Shown here piece after piece: positions 47,470 through 58,412 of a DNA stretch of 64,000 nucleotides (its first letter is position 1; each line of letters opens with the position of its first letter). The stretch is from Podarcis bocagei. Lineage: Eukaryota. Location: NCBI GenBank assembly GCA_964188305.1, contig OZ076887.1. One strand, 5' to 3'. The position numbers were made by a program, and so were the translations under genes. Below the pieces are notes generated by a model. It saw only the letters and a list, made by a program, of their open reading frames with translations, had not been told where the DNA came from and did no database searches.

Positions 47470-50400
47470 ATGGCCTCACAACCAGTTCAGATGGCTTTTG
47501 AGCGTCTGAATGACTCCAATTACTTGCTGTGGTCGGAACGCATGCAGGCAGTGCTGCAGAGGGATCGTCTCTGGCAAGTGGTGAGTAAGTTTCCTACGAA
47601 GCCTGATGATGAAGACCTCGATAAAGACCAAAGAGCAAGGGCCACAATTGTCTTGGGGCTGGAAGATTCCCAGTTGCCGTATGTGAGGGGAATCAAGACA
47701 GCTAGAGGTGTGTGGCAAGCACTTAAAGAACTCCATGTGCGTGAGACAGCGGTTTCCAAGCTGTTCATTCGCAAGGCATTGTACAAGGCAATGTTACAGC
47801 CTGGGGTTACAATGCAGGAACACCTACACAGTTTACAGTTAAAGTTTGTTGCGCTACAGGAAAGAGACTGTGCATTAGACCAGCAGGAGAAGGTGGCTAT
47901 TATTTTGAGTTCTCTCCCGGAAAGCTGGGATAATTTAGTTTTGTCTCTAGAAGGCATGCAGGAGCATGATTTATCAGTCAGTTACGTTACTGGGCGTTTG
48001 ATTGAAGAATGGCAGAAGAGGCAAGAAAGGTCGTTGGCTGCAGAGGCTTCTACAGGCGGGCGGTTTGGAAGGAGTTCTCATGCCGTACCAGAGGTGAAGC
48101 AAGAGCAGCGTACCGGTGAGGAGTCAGCGTTTGCTGTTAGGCGTTGTTTCCGATGTGGGTCTTCAGCGCATCTAAAACGACAATGTCCGGAGTTGGTCAA
48201 GTCTCAGTTGCCGGTGCAGGAGCAGAGACGAGATCAGCAGCAGCAGCAGCAGCAGCGTAAAAGGAAATTCTTCAAACAAAAACAGTCGGCTCAGCTGGTG
48301 ACCGGCGAGGTCAAGATTGCTGATGAGAAACAAGCGGTCTGGGTGGTCGATTCGGGAGCGTCTCGCCACATCGTGAATTCAGATGAATTGTTTGTTTCCA
48401 AGAACTCAGCACAGCACAGCCAGGTGGCTCTAGCAGACGGAAGTACATCCGAAGTGATTTCGGGGGGTGCAGTTTTTGTTCCTTGTCTTCGTGAATGCCT
48501 GCAAAATGTACTTTGTGTGCCGTCATTAAGGAGCAATCTGATGTCTGTAGATTGTTTGCTGAAAGCTGGGTTTAAAGTGTATTTTGAAGGAGACAGTTGC
48601 ATTATTAAGAAGGCTGGTGAGATTTTAGGCACTGCTAAGTCAGAGGGAGGCTTGTTTTGGCTTAAAGCAGGATCTCAAGTTGCAGCAGTAGTCAGTAAAT
48701 CTCAGCCTGCAGTGAATAACAAAGCTATACATGACAACTGTGTGCACTTATTGCATAGGAAAATGGGGCATGCTTGCTGGAAAAGTGTACTAAAAATGTC
48801 TGAATTGGCTGATGGGGGTAATTTAAAGAGTTGTAACAAGTACCTTGATTGTAATGTTTGTAAAAAGGTTAAAACCCACAGAGTCTCTTACCCCAGAAGT
48901 GACAGAGTTAGTGAGGCACCGCTACAGCTGGTTCACATGGACGTAATTGGTCCATTTGCTGTAAGCAGGGGTGGATCGCGTTTTTCATTAACAATTGTGG
49001 ATGACGCCACGCGTTACTCCTGGGTTTATCCCATGAAAAATAAGGGTGACGTGTTCACTAAGTTTAAAGGCTGGGTGGCATCTGTGGAAAGATTTCTGTC
49101 CATTAAACTCAAAAGGATTCAGACAGACAGAGGTGGCGAATTTATGTCAAATGCCTTTAAAGATTGGTTACAAAAGCGTGGCATTGGGCATAGAAAAACG
49201 AACGTTTTTTCCCCAGAGGAGAATGGCGTTGCAGAGCGAAAAAACAGATCTTTACAAGATATGATGTTTGCCATGCTTGATGATGCTGATTTACCCATGT
49301 CTTATTGGGGGGAGAGCATGCTCACTGCGTGTTATCTCCAAAATAGGCTCTTTCACCAAACAATAGGTACAACCCCGTACTTTAAATTGTTTCAGAAAAA
49401 ACCTAAAATTGACCATTTGCATGTGTTTGGATCAAAAGCCTGGGTATTAATTCCGAAACAAATGAGAAAGAAGGGAGATCCTAAGACCAAACAGTTAGTG
49501 TTTGTGGGTTACCAGGAGCTGGGAAAAGGTTTCCGCTTTGCTGAAGGGACAAATGGCATTGTGATCTCCAGGAATGCCAGTTTTTGTGAACATAGTGGCT
49601 GGGAGAGACTACATGCCAATACTGAGGTTTGGTTTGAACCTTCCCAGGAGCTTTATGACTCTGAAGGTAGACACAGAGAGTCAGAGTCTGAGGGGGAGGA
49701 AAGTTCAGATAAGAGCTCTCAGGAAAGTGAAGTTGCTAAGCAACAAAAGAGAGGTCGTAGTTCTGAGGAGGAAAGTGGGTCAGAAGAAAAATTTTCTCCC
49801 AGAAGATCTAAAAGACAAAACAAAGGAGTGCCTCCGGTGCGTTTTTCCCCAGATACTGCAAATGTGTTTAGTGTAAGTGCAGAACCCAAGAGTTTTCAGG
49901 AGGTGTTAAAGTTACCAAAAGAGGAGGCAGAGCGCTGGAAACAGGCAATGGAGGAAGAGATGTCCTCTCTGAATGAGCACAAGGTTTTTACACCAGTAGC
50001 AGCGCCTGAGGGGGCAAAGATTGTAGGCTGCAGGTGGGTGTACAAACTTAAACCTCTGGTGACAGGAGAGTACAAATACAAAGCTCGTTTAGTTGCTCAA
50101 GGATATTCTCAGAGGCCTGGAAAAGATTATGACGAGACTTTTTCCCCTACTGCCAAGGGGGACAGTGTAAGGCTGATTCTAACGCTTGGAGCAAAGAGAA
50201 AACTCCTGTTAAACCATTTTGACATTCAGACTGCATATTTACATGCACCAATATCAGAAGACCTGTATCTAGCCGAACCGCCTGGTTATGAGACAGGTTC
50301 CAATAGAGTGTTGAAATTAAACAAAGCTCTATACGGTCTCAAACAGGCTGCAAGATCTTGGAACAAATGTTTCCATGAGGCCTTAGTGTCATTTGGTTTC

Positions 50401-51423
50401 AAGCAGAGTACAGCTGACAATTGTGTTTATGTACGTGGTACAGGCAGTGATCAAGAGTTTTGTCTGATTTATGTAGATGATGTATTGTATGCCTGCAAAA
50501 CAGATAAACAAACTAAAAGATTTGCCAAGCAATTGTCCAGTAAGTTCAAAGTGAAGGACTTAGGCCCGGTTAGGACATATCTAGGGTTGGAAGTGTGCTG
50601 GGCCCAAGATGGCAGCTGCCTAATTAGTCAGCAGAACAAAGTTAAGCAACTACTGACTACATACAGGATGCAGGATTGCAAAGGGGCAGCGGTGCCTATG
50701 GATCCAGGTTTCATAAAAACACTTCATACAGATGAGAGTCCTGAATTTGAACACCCTGATGTATATCACTCTGTAATTGGAAGTTTATTGTATATAGCAC
50801 AGTGGTCCAGACCTGATATTAGCTATGCAGTAGGCATATTAAGTAGATTGGTCTCAAAACCCACACTAAATGCCTGGAAAGGGGTAAAACAAGTTCTGAG
50901 GTATCTCAAACAGACAATTGGCTATATGTTACAATTAAATTCTTCCGAGGACGAAATGTTGAGTTGCTACTGTGATAGTGACTGGGGAAATTTGCCAGAT
51001 AGAAAATCTGTCACAGGACTAGTCATAATGGTCGGTGGAGCTTTAATCAGCTGGCGGTCACGCAAGCAAGACGTTGTAAGTGTGTCATCAACGGAATCAG
51101 AGTACGCCGCATTGAGTGAATTGTGCAACGAGGTGATTTATTTCAAGCATTTGTTAACAGATTTAAATGTAAATTGTGGAGAACCAGTACAAGTTTACAT
51201 TGATAATCAAGCTTGTATAACCTTAAGTAAAACAGAGGGTTTCAAATCGCGTTCAAAACATATCTCTGTAAAATACCAAAATGTACGTTGCTGTGTACAA
51301 GACAATGTAATCACCTGTACTTATGTGTCAAGTGAAGAAAATGTAGCAGATGTGTTAACTAAACCATTGGCAAAGGTAAAGAACAAGCGAATGTGCAAGG
51401 GTTTAGGTTTGCTGGAAAAATGA
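47470..51423 (+). CDS. Copia Gag-Pol polyprotein (1317 aa): Gag, CCHC knuckle, aspartic protease, integrase, reverse transcriptase, RNase H
   Basis: CFRCGSSAHLKRQC knuckle; WVVDSGASRH protease; HRKMGH..CNVC zinc finger; D-D-E in HMD/QTDRGGEF/NGVAER; GKGF (GKGY-like); RT KARLVAQG, LYGLKQA, YVDD; RNase H CDSDW, SSTESEY, ADVLTK; no stops or frameshifts. Confidence 0.98.
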   Translation: MASQPVQMAFERLNDSNYLLWSERMQAVLQRDRLWQVVSKFPTKPDDEDLDKDQRARATIVLGLEDSQLPYVRGIKTARGVWQALKELHVRETAVSKLFIRKALYKAMLQPGVTMQEHLHSLQLKFVALQERDCALDQQEKVAIILSSLPESWDNLVLSLEGMQEHDLSVSYVTGRLIEEWQKRQERSLAAEASTGGRFGRSSHAVPEVKQEQRTGEESAFAVRRCFRCGSSAHLKRQCPELVKSQLPVQEQRRDQQQQQQQRKRKFFKQKQSAQLVTGEVKIADEKQAVWVVDSGASRHIVNSDELFVSKNSAQHSQVALADGSTSEVISGGAVFVPCLRECLQNVLCVPSLRSNLMSVDCLLKAGFKVYFEGDSCIIKKAGEILGTAKSEGGLFWLKAGSQVAAVVSKSQPAVNNKAIHDNCVHLLHRKMGHACWKSVLKMSELADGGNLKSCNKYLDCNVCKKVKTHRVSYPRSDRVSEAPLQLVHMDVIGPFAVSRGGSRFSLTIVDDATRYSWVYPMKNKGDVFTKFKGWVASVERFLSIKLKRIQTDRGGEFMSNAFKDWLQKRGIGHRKTNVFSPEENGVAERKNRSLQDMMFAMLDDADLPMSYWGESMLTACYLQNRLFHQTIGTTPYFKLFQKKPKIDHLHVFGSKAWVLIPKQMRKKGDPKTKQLVFVGYQELGKGFRFAEGTNGIVISRNASFCEHSGWERLHANTEVWFEPSQELYDSEGRHRESESEGEESSDKSSQESEVAKQQKRGRSSEEESGSEEKFSPRRSKRQNKGVPPVRFSPDTANVFSVSAEPKSFQEVLKLPKEEAERWKQAMEEEMSSLNEHKVFTPVAAPEGAKIVGCRWVYKLKPLVTGEYKYKARLVAQGYSQRPGKDYDETFSPTAKGDSVRLILTLGAKRKLLLNHFDIQTAYLHAPISEDLYLAEPPGYETGSNRVLKLNKALYGLKQAARSWNKCFHEALVSFGFKQSTADNCVYVRGTGSDQEFCLIYVDDVLYACKTDKQTKRFAKQLSSKFKVKDLGPVRTYLGLEVCWAQDGSCLISQQNKVKQLLTTYRMQDCKGAAVPMDPGFIKTLHTDESPEFEHPDVYHSVIGSLLYIAQWSRPDISYAVGILSRLVSKPTLNAWKGVKQVLRYLKQTIGYMLQLNSSEDEMLSCYCDSDWGNLPDRKSVTGLVIMVGGALISWRSRKQDVVSVSSTESEYAALSELCNEVIYFKHLLTDLNVNCGEPVQVYIDNQACITLSKTEGFKSRSKHISVKYQNVRCCVQDNVITCTYVSSEENVADVLTKPLAKVKNKRMCKGLGLLEK

Positions 51424-51476
51424 TCTCCTACATAGGTGTATTTGGTGTTAATTGTTCAGCAGAATCTGTGAGGGGG

Positions 51477-51892
51477 TGTTCAGTTTCGGTTTCAGTTTCT
51501 GTTAATTGGTTCTCGTGGGAAACTTGCAGATTCTAGCTTCACCAATTAACTCCAGCTGGTGTCAATTTACTCTTGGCAGAAAGCCCAGGTCTGCTTGACC
51601 TAGAAACTACTCACTCTGATTGGTTAACGAGCAGCACTCAACTCTGTTATCTAGGGATTACTAGCACAGTTTGATGTGAGGTGTGTTAGGAGTTAGAAGT
51701 GCTGTGTATGGTTATGAGAGAGAAAGAAAGAGAGGATTTATTTTTTCCTTTTAATAAATCCTGTAAATAGTTATTCTGAGTCTAGCTGACTAGTCATTAC
51801 TGCCGCAACTAGCTTCTTCGCTGTGCAGGAAAACTCTGCTACGTTTGGGCTAAAGCCAATAGGGCTATGCCTGACACTCCAAAGTTCCATGA
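51477..51892 (+). repeat. 3' LTR of the Copia element
   Basis: Follows the polypurine tract; ends immediately before the GTTTT TSD. Confidence 0.97.
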
Positions 51893-53707
51893 GTTTTGAG
51901 GATAGAAGCTCAAAGTTCTATATCCACCGCCTCAGAAACAGCACCATTTTTATCATAGCAACTGAAGGCGGAAGACGAATCATTTTGCTATAATAATTTA
52001 AAACTTCTGTTTTGTTAGTCATGGTAATAAATTTATGCTTTCAGTGATCAGCTGCATCCCACCAAGATTGAAAACAAACTTGTCCAAAGTTGATGCTTTC
52101 ATTATTCTGTCTCCCCGTGTCTGTGTGCGTTTAAAGGAGGGAAGGGAGAAGGGAGAAGAGGGAGGGCGAGATAAAGAGTTTTAGGGGGAAGGAAGGAAGG
52201 AAGATCGCCATTTAGCTAGATAACAAATTCTGCCTTCTGGCAATGCCAAATAGCTCACAAATATGACTATTATCAGGATGAAAGCGAAGAGGGAGAGAAG
52301 GTGACAACAGTCTGACAGCCAAGAATATAGCAGGACGAGATGTTGCTGGAAATATAGGCTGACCCTGAACTCACATTAAGAGGAAAATACATTTTCAAAA
52401 TGTTAGTGCTTCATCCACTGTCGGCCCTTTTTTCCTGTCCTCCCACTCTCACCTTTGTGATTCGGCCGTGCTGCTCTGTATTATCAGGAAGAAACCTGTC
52501 CTCTGTCAAACCTCCTCGTAAAACACATTCTTTAAAGGTACTTTTGCCAAACTGGCAAAAACCTCCAGAAATTTTGGGCTACAACTCCCATCAGCCCCAG
52601 CCAGCAGTGGTTGGAGGTGATGAGTAGGGCTTGCTAACCTTTTTTGAACCAGTGGACACATTTCAAACTTTGCTGGGGCCACCAGTCACAAAATCGTTGG
52701 ATATTTTCTCTCTCTGTATGAGAATCATTTGTTCCAGAAACAAGGAAGAAGTTTCAGGAAGCAGTAGAAGGCTGAGATTGTGTTGTCTATGCAAGGACGT
52801 TTTCTGTGGGAACTGGTTTTTGGACATGCACAGTGTGACAGGAAGTACCAATAACGGTTCTGTGAAACTTGTTGTAACTTCTTGTGAGTCTCTTGCTTGC
52901 GCCTTGCTATTAGAGAAGCAGAGACAGAGAGTCTTGGACTCTTGTTGGACTCTAAGCATGCCTTGACCATGGCAGTGGTGAATGTCTGTATATATTTGCT
53001 ACCAATTTGCTTTTATGCCTGTCAAGTAAACTTCTATACTTGACTGAATCTTTATGGCGTCCATGAGTGTCTATTGCCTACTGTGTGTACCTTCAACCCC
53101 AAAGACGCTTCCAAGGAAGGAGCTGCGTTGAGATGTAACTCTTCTGAGTATGGATCGTGCACACACGATCAGCAAAAGTGATGTCAGACCCAATCCTTCT
53201 AAATCATCCATAGAGGTTGATGGATTGATCCAACAAAAATGGCTGCAATGGTGTCTGCCATAATACAAAATGGCTGGCATGGAGAGTGCAGCCTAACATA
53301 TAATCAGAGAGACAACCACCCCTAACAGCTTTATGCTTACCATAGGAAGCCAGCAATGTTCAGCTGGTCCTGACGGCAAAGGTAACACAATATTGATTAC
53401 ACACACATGCTGATGCTGTCTAATAACAACAGTACCAGGAAAAATATACAAGCTGGCCACATCAAACTCGCTCTCATTTCACGTAAATCATTTAGAAGGT
53501 ACCTGCACACTTTACTCCATGACTTACTTTCTAGAAGGGCTGGAGTAGGATGATATACCACCCGGAAGTCCATATCATGATATCGGTTTCATAGTTTTTG
53601 AGCTAGCAATATATCGCATATCATGATGTGTGTGCGCGCGCTATGCAAAAATCACAATGTGGGGGAAAACGTGAAACCAGCCAATGCCTCTACATATCTC
53701 CATCCTT

Positions 53708-54219
53708 CAATCAATCAATCAATCTCAATTACGGTCCAGAGACCCAACAAATCATTACAAATCAATACACAATTCATACAGCCTACCTCCAGGTTAATCA
53801 AGCATTTTGTTTAGAATATAGGGCTCATTTGTTCTTGCAACCACCAATAAAAACTTTGCCACTGCTAACATTCTAGCATTTGTCTGGTCTTCCAGTAGGA
53901 ACCTGACATAGTGAGCCTCTGATTTTCCCGGGAAAGGTACCAGCAAGGGTAGTATCAGTTCAGCCCTGGCCTGCTCATATTTTGCACAATGCAACAAAAT
54001 ATGATTTATGGAATCCATGTCTTGAGCACACGAGCAAACTCTGTCCTGGTAGGGAACTCCTCTCAACCTACCATCCAACACTGCAGAGGGAAAGACATTT
54101 AGTCTGGCTTTGGTGAAAAGCCTCCGGTAGTTTGGTACTGTCAGGTTTTTGATGTAAGATGTTAACTTAAAGACATACCCATATTGAACTCCTACTGCCA
54201 GCGGACTACAGACTGCGTG
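53708..54219 (-). mobile_element. 5'-truncated non-LTR retrotransposon 3' end (RTE-X-like, C-terminal Cys/His knuckle) with (GATT)n tail, nested in a MITE
   Basis: Open frame ..YRRLFTKARLNVFPSAVLDGR..RVCSC..SINHILLHC..FLLED..VAKFL; 13-bp TSD TATCTCCATCCTT (53695-53707, 54220-54232); clade assignment tentative. Confidence 0.8.
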
Positions 54220-56566
54220 TATCTCCATCCTTATTTCAGACATTGTGATATCGCAGTATATTGTGATGTTTAGCTAGTGATATATCACAATGTTGAAACC
54301 CAGATATCGCCCAGCATTAGGCTGGAGACTGACTTTTTGTTTGGTTTTATCCAATGATTCGCAAGCAAAGGGCAGCTTTAAAACCTTCCCAGAGGAATGC
54401 CACACAGGTGTGGCTGAAATGAGGAATTGTCTAAATTCAAACGGAGGGTTTTTGTGCTGCAAGGTCCACAAATTCTCCTCTCCCACTACAACCCCATAAT
54501 AGTTCTGTAGGTCGCCCTGATCTTCCAGAGAGATTTTTAGGGTGAAATGCAAAAGCTGCGGGTGTTGGGGGGGGGAAGGAAGTGGAAACATGCAGCTGAG
54601 CAAGCTGCCTTCTGCTTGGCAATATTGAATATATAGTAGGAGCACTTCACCACTACAGATCAAAGTTTGGGGGTGGCGTCATTAAAAGAAAATGCAGTAA
54701 AAGAGAGAACAAAACTGCCACCGAAGTACAAAGCCAAGCGTGTTTTATCTCTGGTGCTACTTTAAAAGCTTCCAAGGAGCAAACCACACATTCATGAGTT
54801 AGATTTTGATTAGGTTGTCTAATCGGCTTTTCACTTTTATAGGGAAAAAAGGAAATCACATTATGCGTTTCGCAAGAGTGACAAAGCCGGATGTAGCGCT
54901 GTAATCTTATTTCTCTATCCACTACGCAGCACACCAGTGCTCTCACATGTGACAATCCTGTCTGCGAGATCTAAAAATACGCTGTTAAAAAGTCCCATAA
55001 ACTTACTTTAAAAGACTCCAACACAATAGAAGGAAGAAGCTATCATGGCCTGAATTAGGTAATATAAAATCTAATAAAAATCCTATAATTTAGACTAGCA
55101 AATGCCATTTTCCCCAGAAGGTTAATAATCCTTTAAAGTGTGTTACCTTTTAAAGACTTCACATTCTTTTGAGGAACTGAGCAAGGAAGTGAGTAGGGGA
55201 ATAAAGGTTTGGAAGTCAGGGTTTTATTTTGAGCTATCAAATGCAATAGAATTATGACACATTCTATCTACACCAGATCACCAGATATATCATTATGAGT
55301 GCATTCCTCTGGTTTAAGAGAGACAGACTGCTTAAGACAGTGTCTAAACTTAGAGCCAATCTAAAAAATCATTTTTGTCTTTTTCATTCATTCTGAGTTT
55401 TGCTCTCAGTAACAAAAATGTGAACTGTTGTTTTTAAGGAACTTCCCGAACTAATTTGTTAAGGCCTATTTAGAGACCCTATGGCCCCAAACAAAAAAAT
55501 ATCAAAATTTTCAAGGGAGCAATGGGAGGAAACTAGTGGGATTTCATAAAATAAAATAAAAAGAGGGGACATATACTTGGCAAAGAACACAGATTAAACT
55601 GTGAAAGCAGTTTTGGCTCAGCTCCTTTGTGAACAGTAGAGATGGTTGGATTTGTGCCAATTCTGGACATGTTCATTCATAAGCCCACATGGGGTGAACT
55701 AGGTCCATTCACATTAAAATGCAGAAGAAATGAAGTCTTCCTCCATCCTTGCTCCCTGGTACTCTCACCTAGAGCTGTGCTCATTACTTTATTTTAACGT
55801 TACAAGATAGCCAAGAATTTCTCCCCTTTTTTTGCTTGAAGAAGCAGCAGCAGCCGCAGGCCATTCAAAGTAGTGGACGACTCTCTTCTCCAACCTATCC
55901 CCTTTCACTCCTGACCAATAGGATCTCATTGCCATTAAGCCCTGAACTGAAACCGCCCTGAGACCTCCGGGTATAGGGAGGTATAAAAACACAATTTTTT
56001 AAAAAACTAGGATGGGATGGGGTGGTGAGGTCCCCCTATTCCAAACACCAATCATATCACTGCCAAGAACAACTCGTATCACACCATGTACCTCCTTGCC
56101 CCATGGGAAGACTTAAGAATACTCACTTTCCCAAATGCTTATAGGCTTTGCTCAACACAAGATTTTTGCCCTCCATTACAGCAAGTAGAGTGGGGTGACG
56201 TTCCCACCTTGGCTTAGCTGAACTCTTATTTACACTGCTGGTGGTTTCTGCAAAACCACTAAACAGTAATGCTTTGTTGCGGGGGGGGGGGGGGGGTACA
56301 AAAAAGTAGACAAATCAAGATTAGGACTTAGCAGTTATCACCATTCTCAAGTGGTTCCCAAACCCATAAGAACTTCCTGGGCTCCTTTTGGAGGAAGGAT
56401 GGGACAGAATACACTGCTGCCTCTTTCTGAGTGAGAAGAGTACATTTATTTTTCATACAAAAGGTCTTGGGTTCCAGGTAGGGTCAGAAAAAAGTCCTGT
56501 CTGAGAACCTTAAAACCCACCTCCAATCAACGTAGACTAAGAATGGAGAACCTGTGGTCATCTATA

Positions 56567-56703
56567 CAGTGGTACCTCAGGTTACATACGCTTCAGGTTA
56601 CAGACTCCGCTAACACAGAAATAGTACCTCGGGTTAAGAACTTTGCTTCAGGTTAAGAAAGGACCTCCGGAACAAATTAAGTACTTAACCCGAGGTACCA
56701 CTA
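56567..56703. mobile_element. Tigger-like MITE, internally deleted
   Basis: CAGTGGTACCTCAGGTTA..TAACCCGAGGTACCACT. Confidence 0.8.
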
Positions 56704-56846
56704 TATGTTGATGACCTCCAGCTTCCATTACATCCAGCCAGCATGGCCCATGATCAGAGATTATAGGAGTTGTAGTACAACAACATCTGGGAGGCCACAG
56801 GTTATCTATCCCCAATATTGCCAATACTAAGCTAGGTGGACTAAGG

Positions 56847-57107
56847 CATGAGTAGGCAAACTAAGGCCCGGGGGCCGGATCCGGCCCAATCGCCTTCTAA
56901 ATCCAGCCCGTGGACAGCCTGGGAATCAGCATGTTTTTACATGTGTAGAATGTGTCCTTTTATTTAAAATGCATCTCTGGGTTATTTGTGGGGCACAGGA
57001 ATTCGCTCATTTTTTTTTAATTTTTTTTCAAAATATAGTCCAGCCCCCCCCACAAGGTCTAAGGGACAGTGGACCGACCCCCTGCTGGAAAAGTTTGCTG
57101 ACCCCTG
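56847..57107. mobile_element. hAT MITE
   Basis: 8-bp TSD GACTAAGG (56839-56846, 57108-57115); GGCCCGGGGGCCGGATCCGGCCC subterminal motif. Confidence 0.85.
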
Positions 57108-58185
57108 GACTAAGGGCTTGACTCAGTATCAAGCAGTTTCCTATGTTCCTGTATCATAGCCAACGGGGTGTCCTCTAGGTGTATAAAGCCTATCGTCTCT
57201 GACCATTGACCATACTGGCTGGGGCTGACAGGAGTCGCAGATGAACAGCAACTGCAGGGCAGCACCACAACAGCTATCTCAGTCCGATAGATAGATAGAT
57301 AGATGATAGAGATATAGGTACATAAATATATAGATACACACACACACACACATATACATACGCGTAACTAAAGATGTATGGGATGCATGAAGTGCTCCCA
57401 AACCTTTAAAAAAACACAGAGCAGCCCCTGCTTGCATAGAACCATAAACACACTTAAGAGTCCCATGGTGTTTTCGGCTGCGTCTCCTGCCTTTTAGTTT
57501 AGGTTCCAGGAAATCTACCCAACATGTCATTTGCTTTCAGTGTTACACATTGTACTAGTAAAATAATTAGGCACCACCAGGTGTTGAATTTGGGACTACT
57601 GAACCAGGTCACATTGAGAGGTGACCCTTCTCATTAGAGATATCACCCATAGTTACTGTTGTGTAGTCTGATAGTGCATTATGCTTTCGTGTCAGACACC
57701 GCAAGCATATTAGTTCTTCGCACTAATCTACAATTAGGAGAGGTCTGTGCAATAACAAGCCTTCTTTCAACCAAACTGTGCTAATGCAACCGTAATCCCT
57801 TTTTTTTTTTTAAGAGAAAGGAAGTGGGAAGGGAATCACTTTGTGGAATCTGCAAGTATCACATTAGTGTTGCACCTCCAGATCATGATGGATACCAAAC
57901 TGTGACAGGTGGAACAATAAGGCCAATCAGTGCATTATTCCACCAAAAGAACCCCAAAAGCAGACAAAAACTACCATCTCATAAGTCTATTGAGGAAGGG
58001 CTGTAACCTAGCAGTTGAGCACATGCTCTGCAAGCAGCAAATCCCGGTTCCTGGCATCTCCAGAAAAGTTTCAGAAAACCCTTGAGCCCCTCTGCCAGTC
58101 TAGTCAATGCCAAATGAGATGGGCTAATGGCCTGATTTGGTCTGAATCAGACTCCTACAGCCCATTTGTCTGGTTCAGACACATA

Positions 58186-58412
58186 CAGTGGTACCTTGGT
58201 TTAAGAACAGCTTAGTTTATGAACAACTTGGATTAAGAACCCAGAAGTAGGTGTTTTGGTTTGTGAACTTTGCCTTGGAAGCAGAAAATGTTTTGCTTCC
58301 TGCTGAGTGTGTTCCATTTGTAAATTGAGTCCCCCGCTGCTATGGGAAAGCAGGCCTTGGTTTAAGAACACACTTCCGAAATGGATTAAGTTCATAAACC
58401 AAGGTACCACTG
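58186..58412. mobile_element. Tigger-like MITE
   Basis: TA|CAGTGGTACCTTGGTTTA ... TAAACCAAGGTACCACTG|TA. Confidence 0.88.

Larger units (their letters stand above)
46819..51892 (+). mobile_element. Full-length Ty1/Copia LTR retrotransposon, intact, antisense within the NBAS intron
   Basis: Two 416-bp LTRs; 5-bp TSD GTTTT at 46814-46818 and 51893-51897; PBS GGTTATGGGC at 47235; polypurine tract GAGGGGG at 51470-51476; single gag-pol ORF with integrase before RT. Confidence 0.98.

Noticed and set aside
47476-50081. Antisense and alternative-frame ORFs in the Copia element; possible env gene
   Set aside because: Short shadow ORFs only; just 53 bp separate the pol stop from the 3' LTR, leaving no room for env.
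52700-53170. Possible old solo LTR
   Set aside because: No convincing TG..CA pair with a TSD found by eye.
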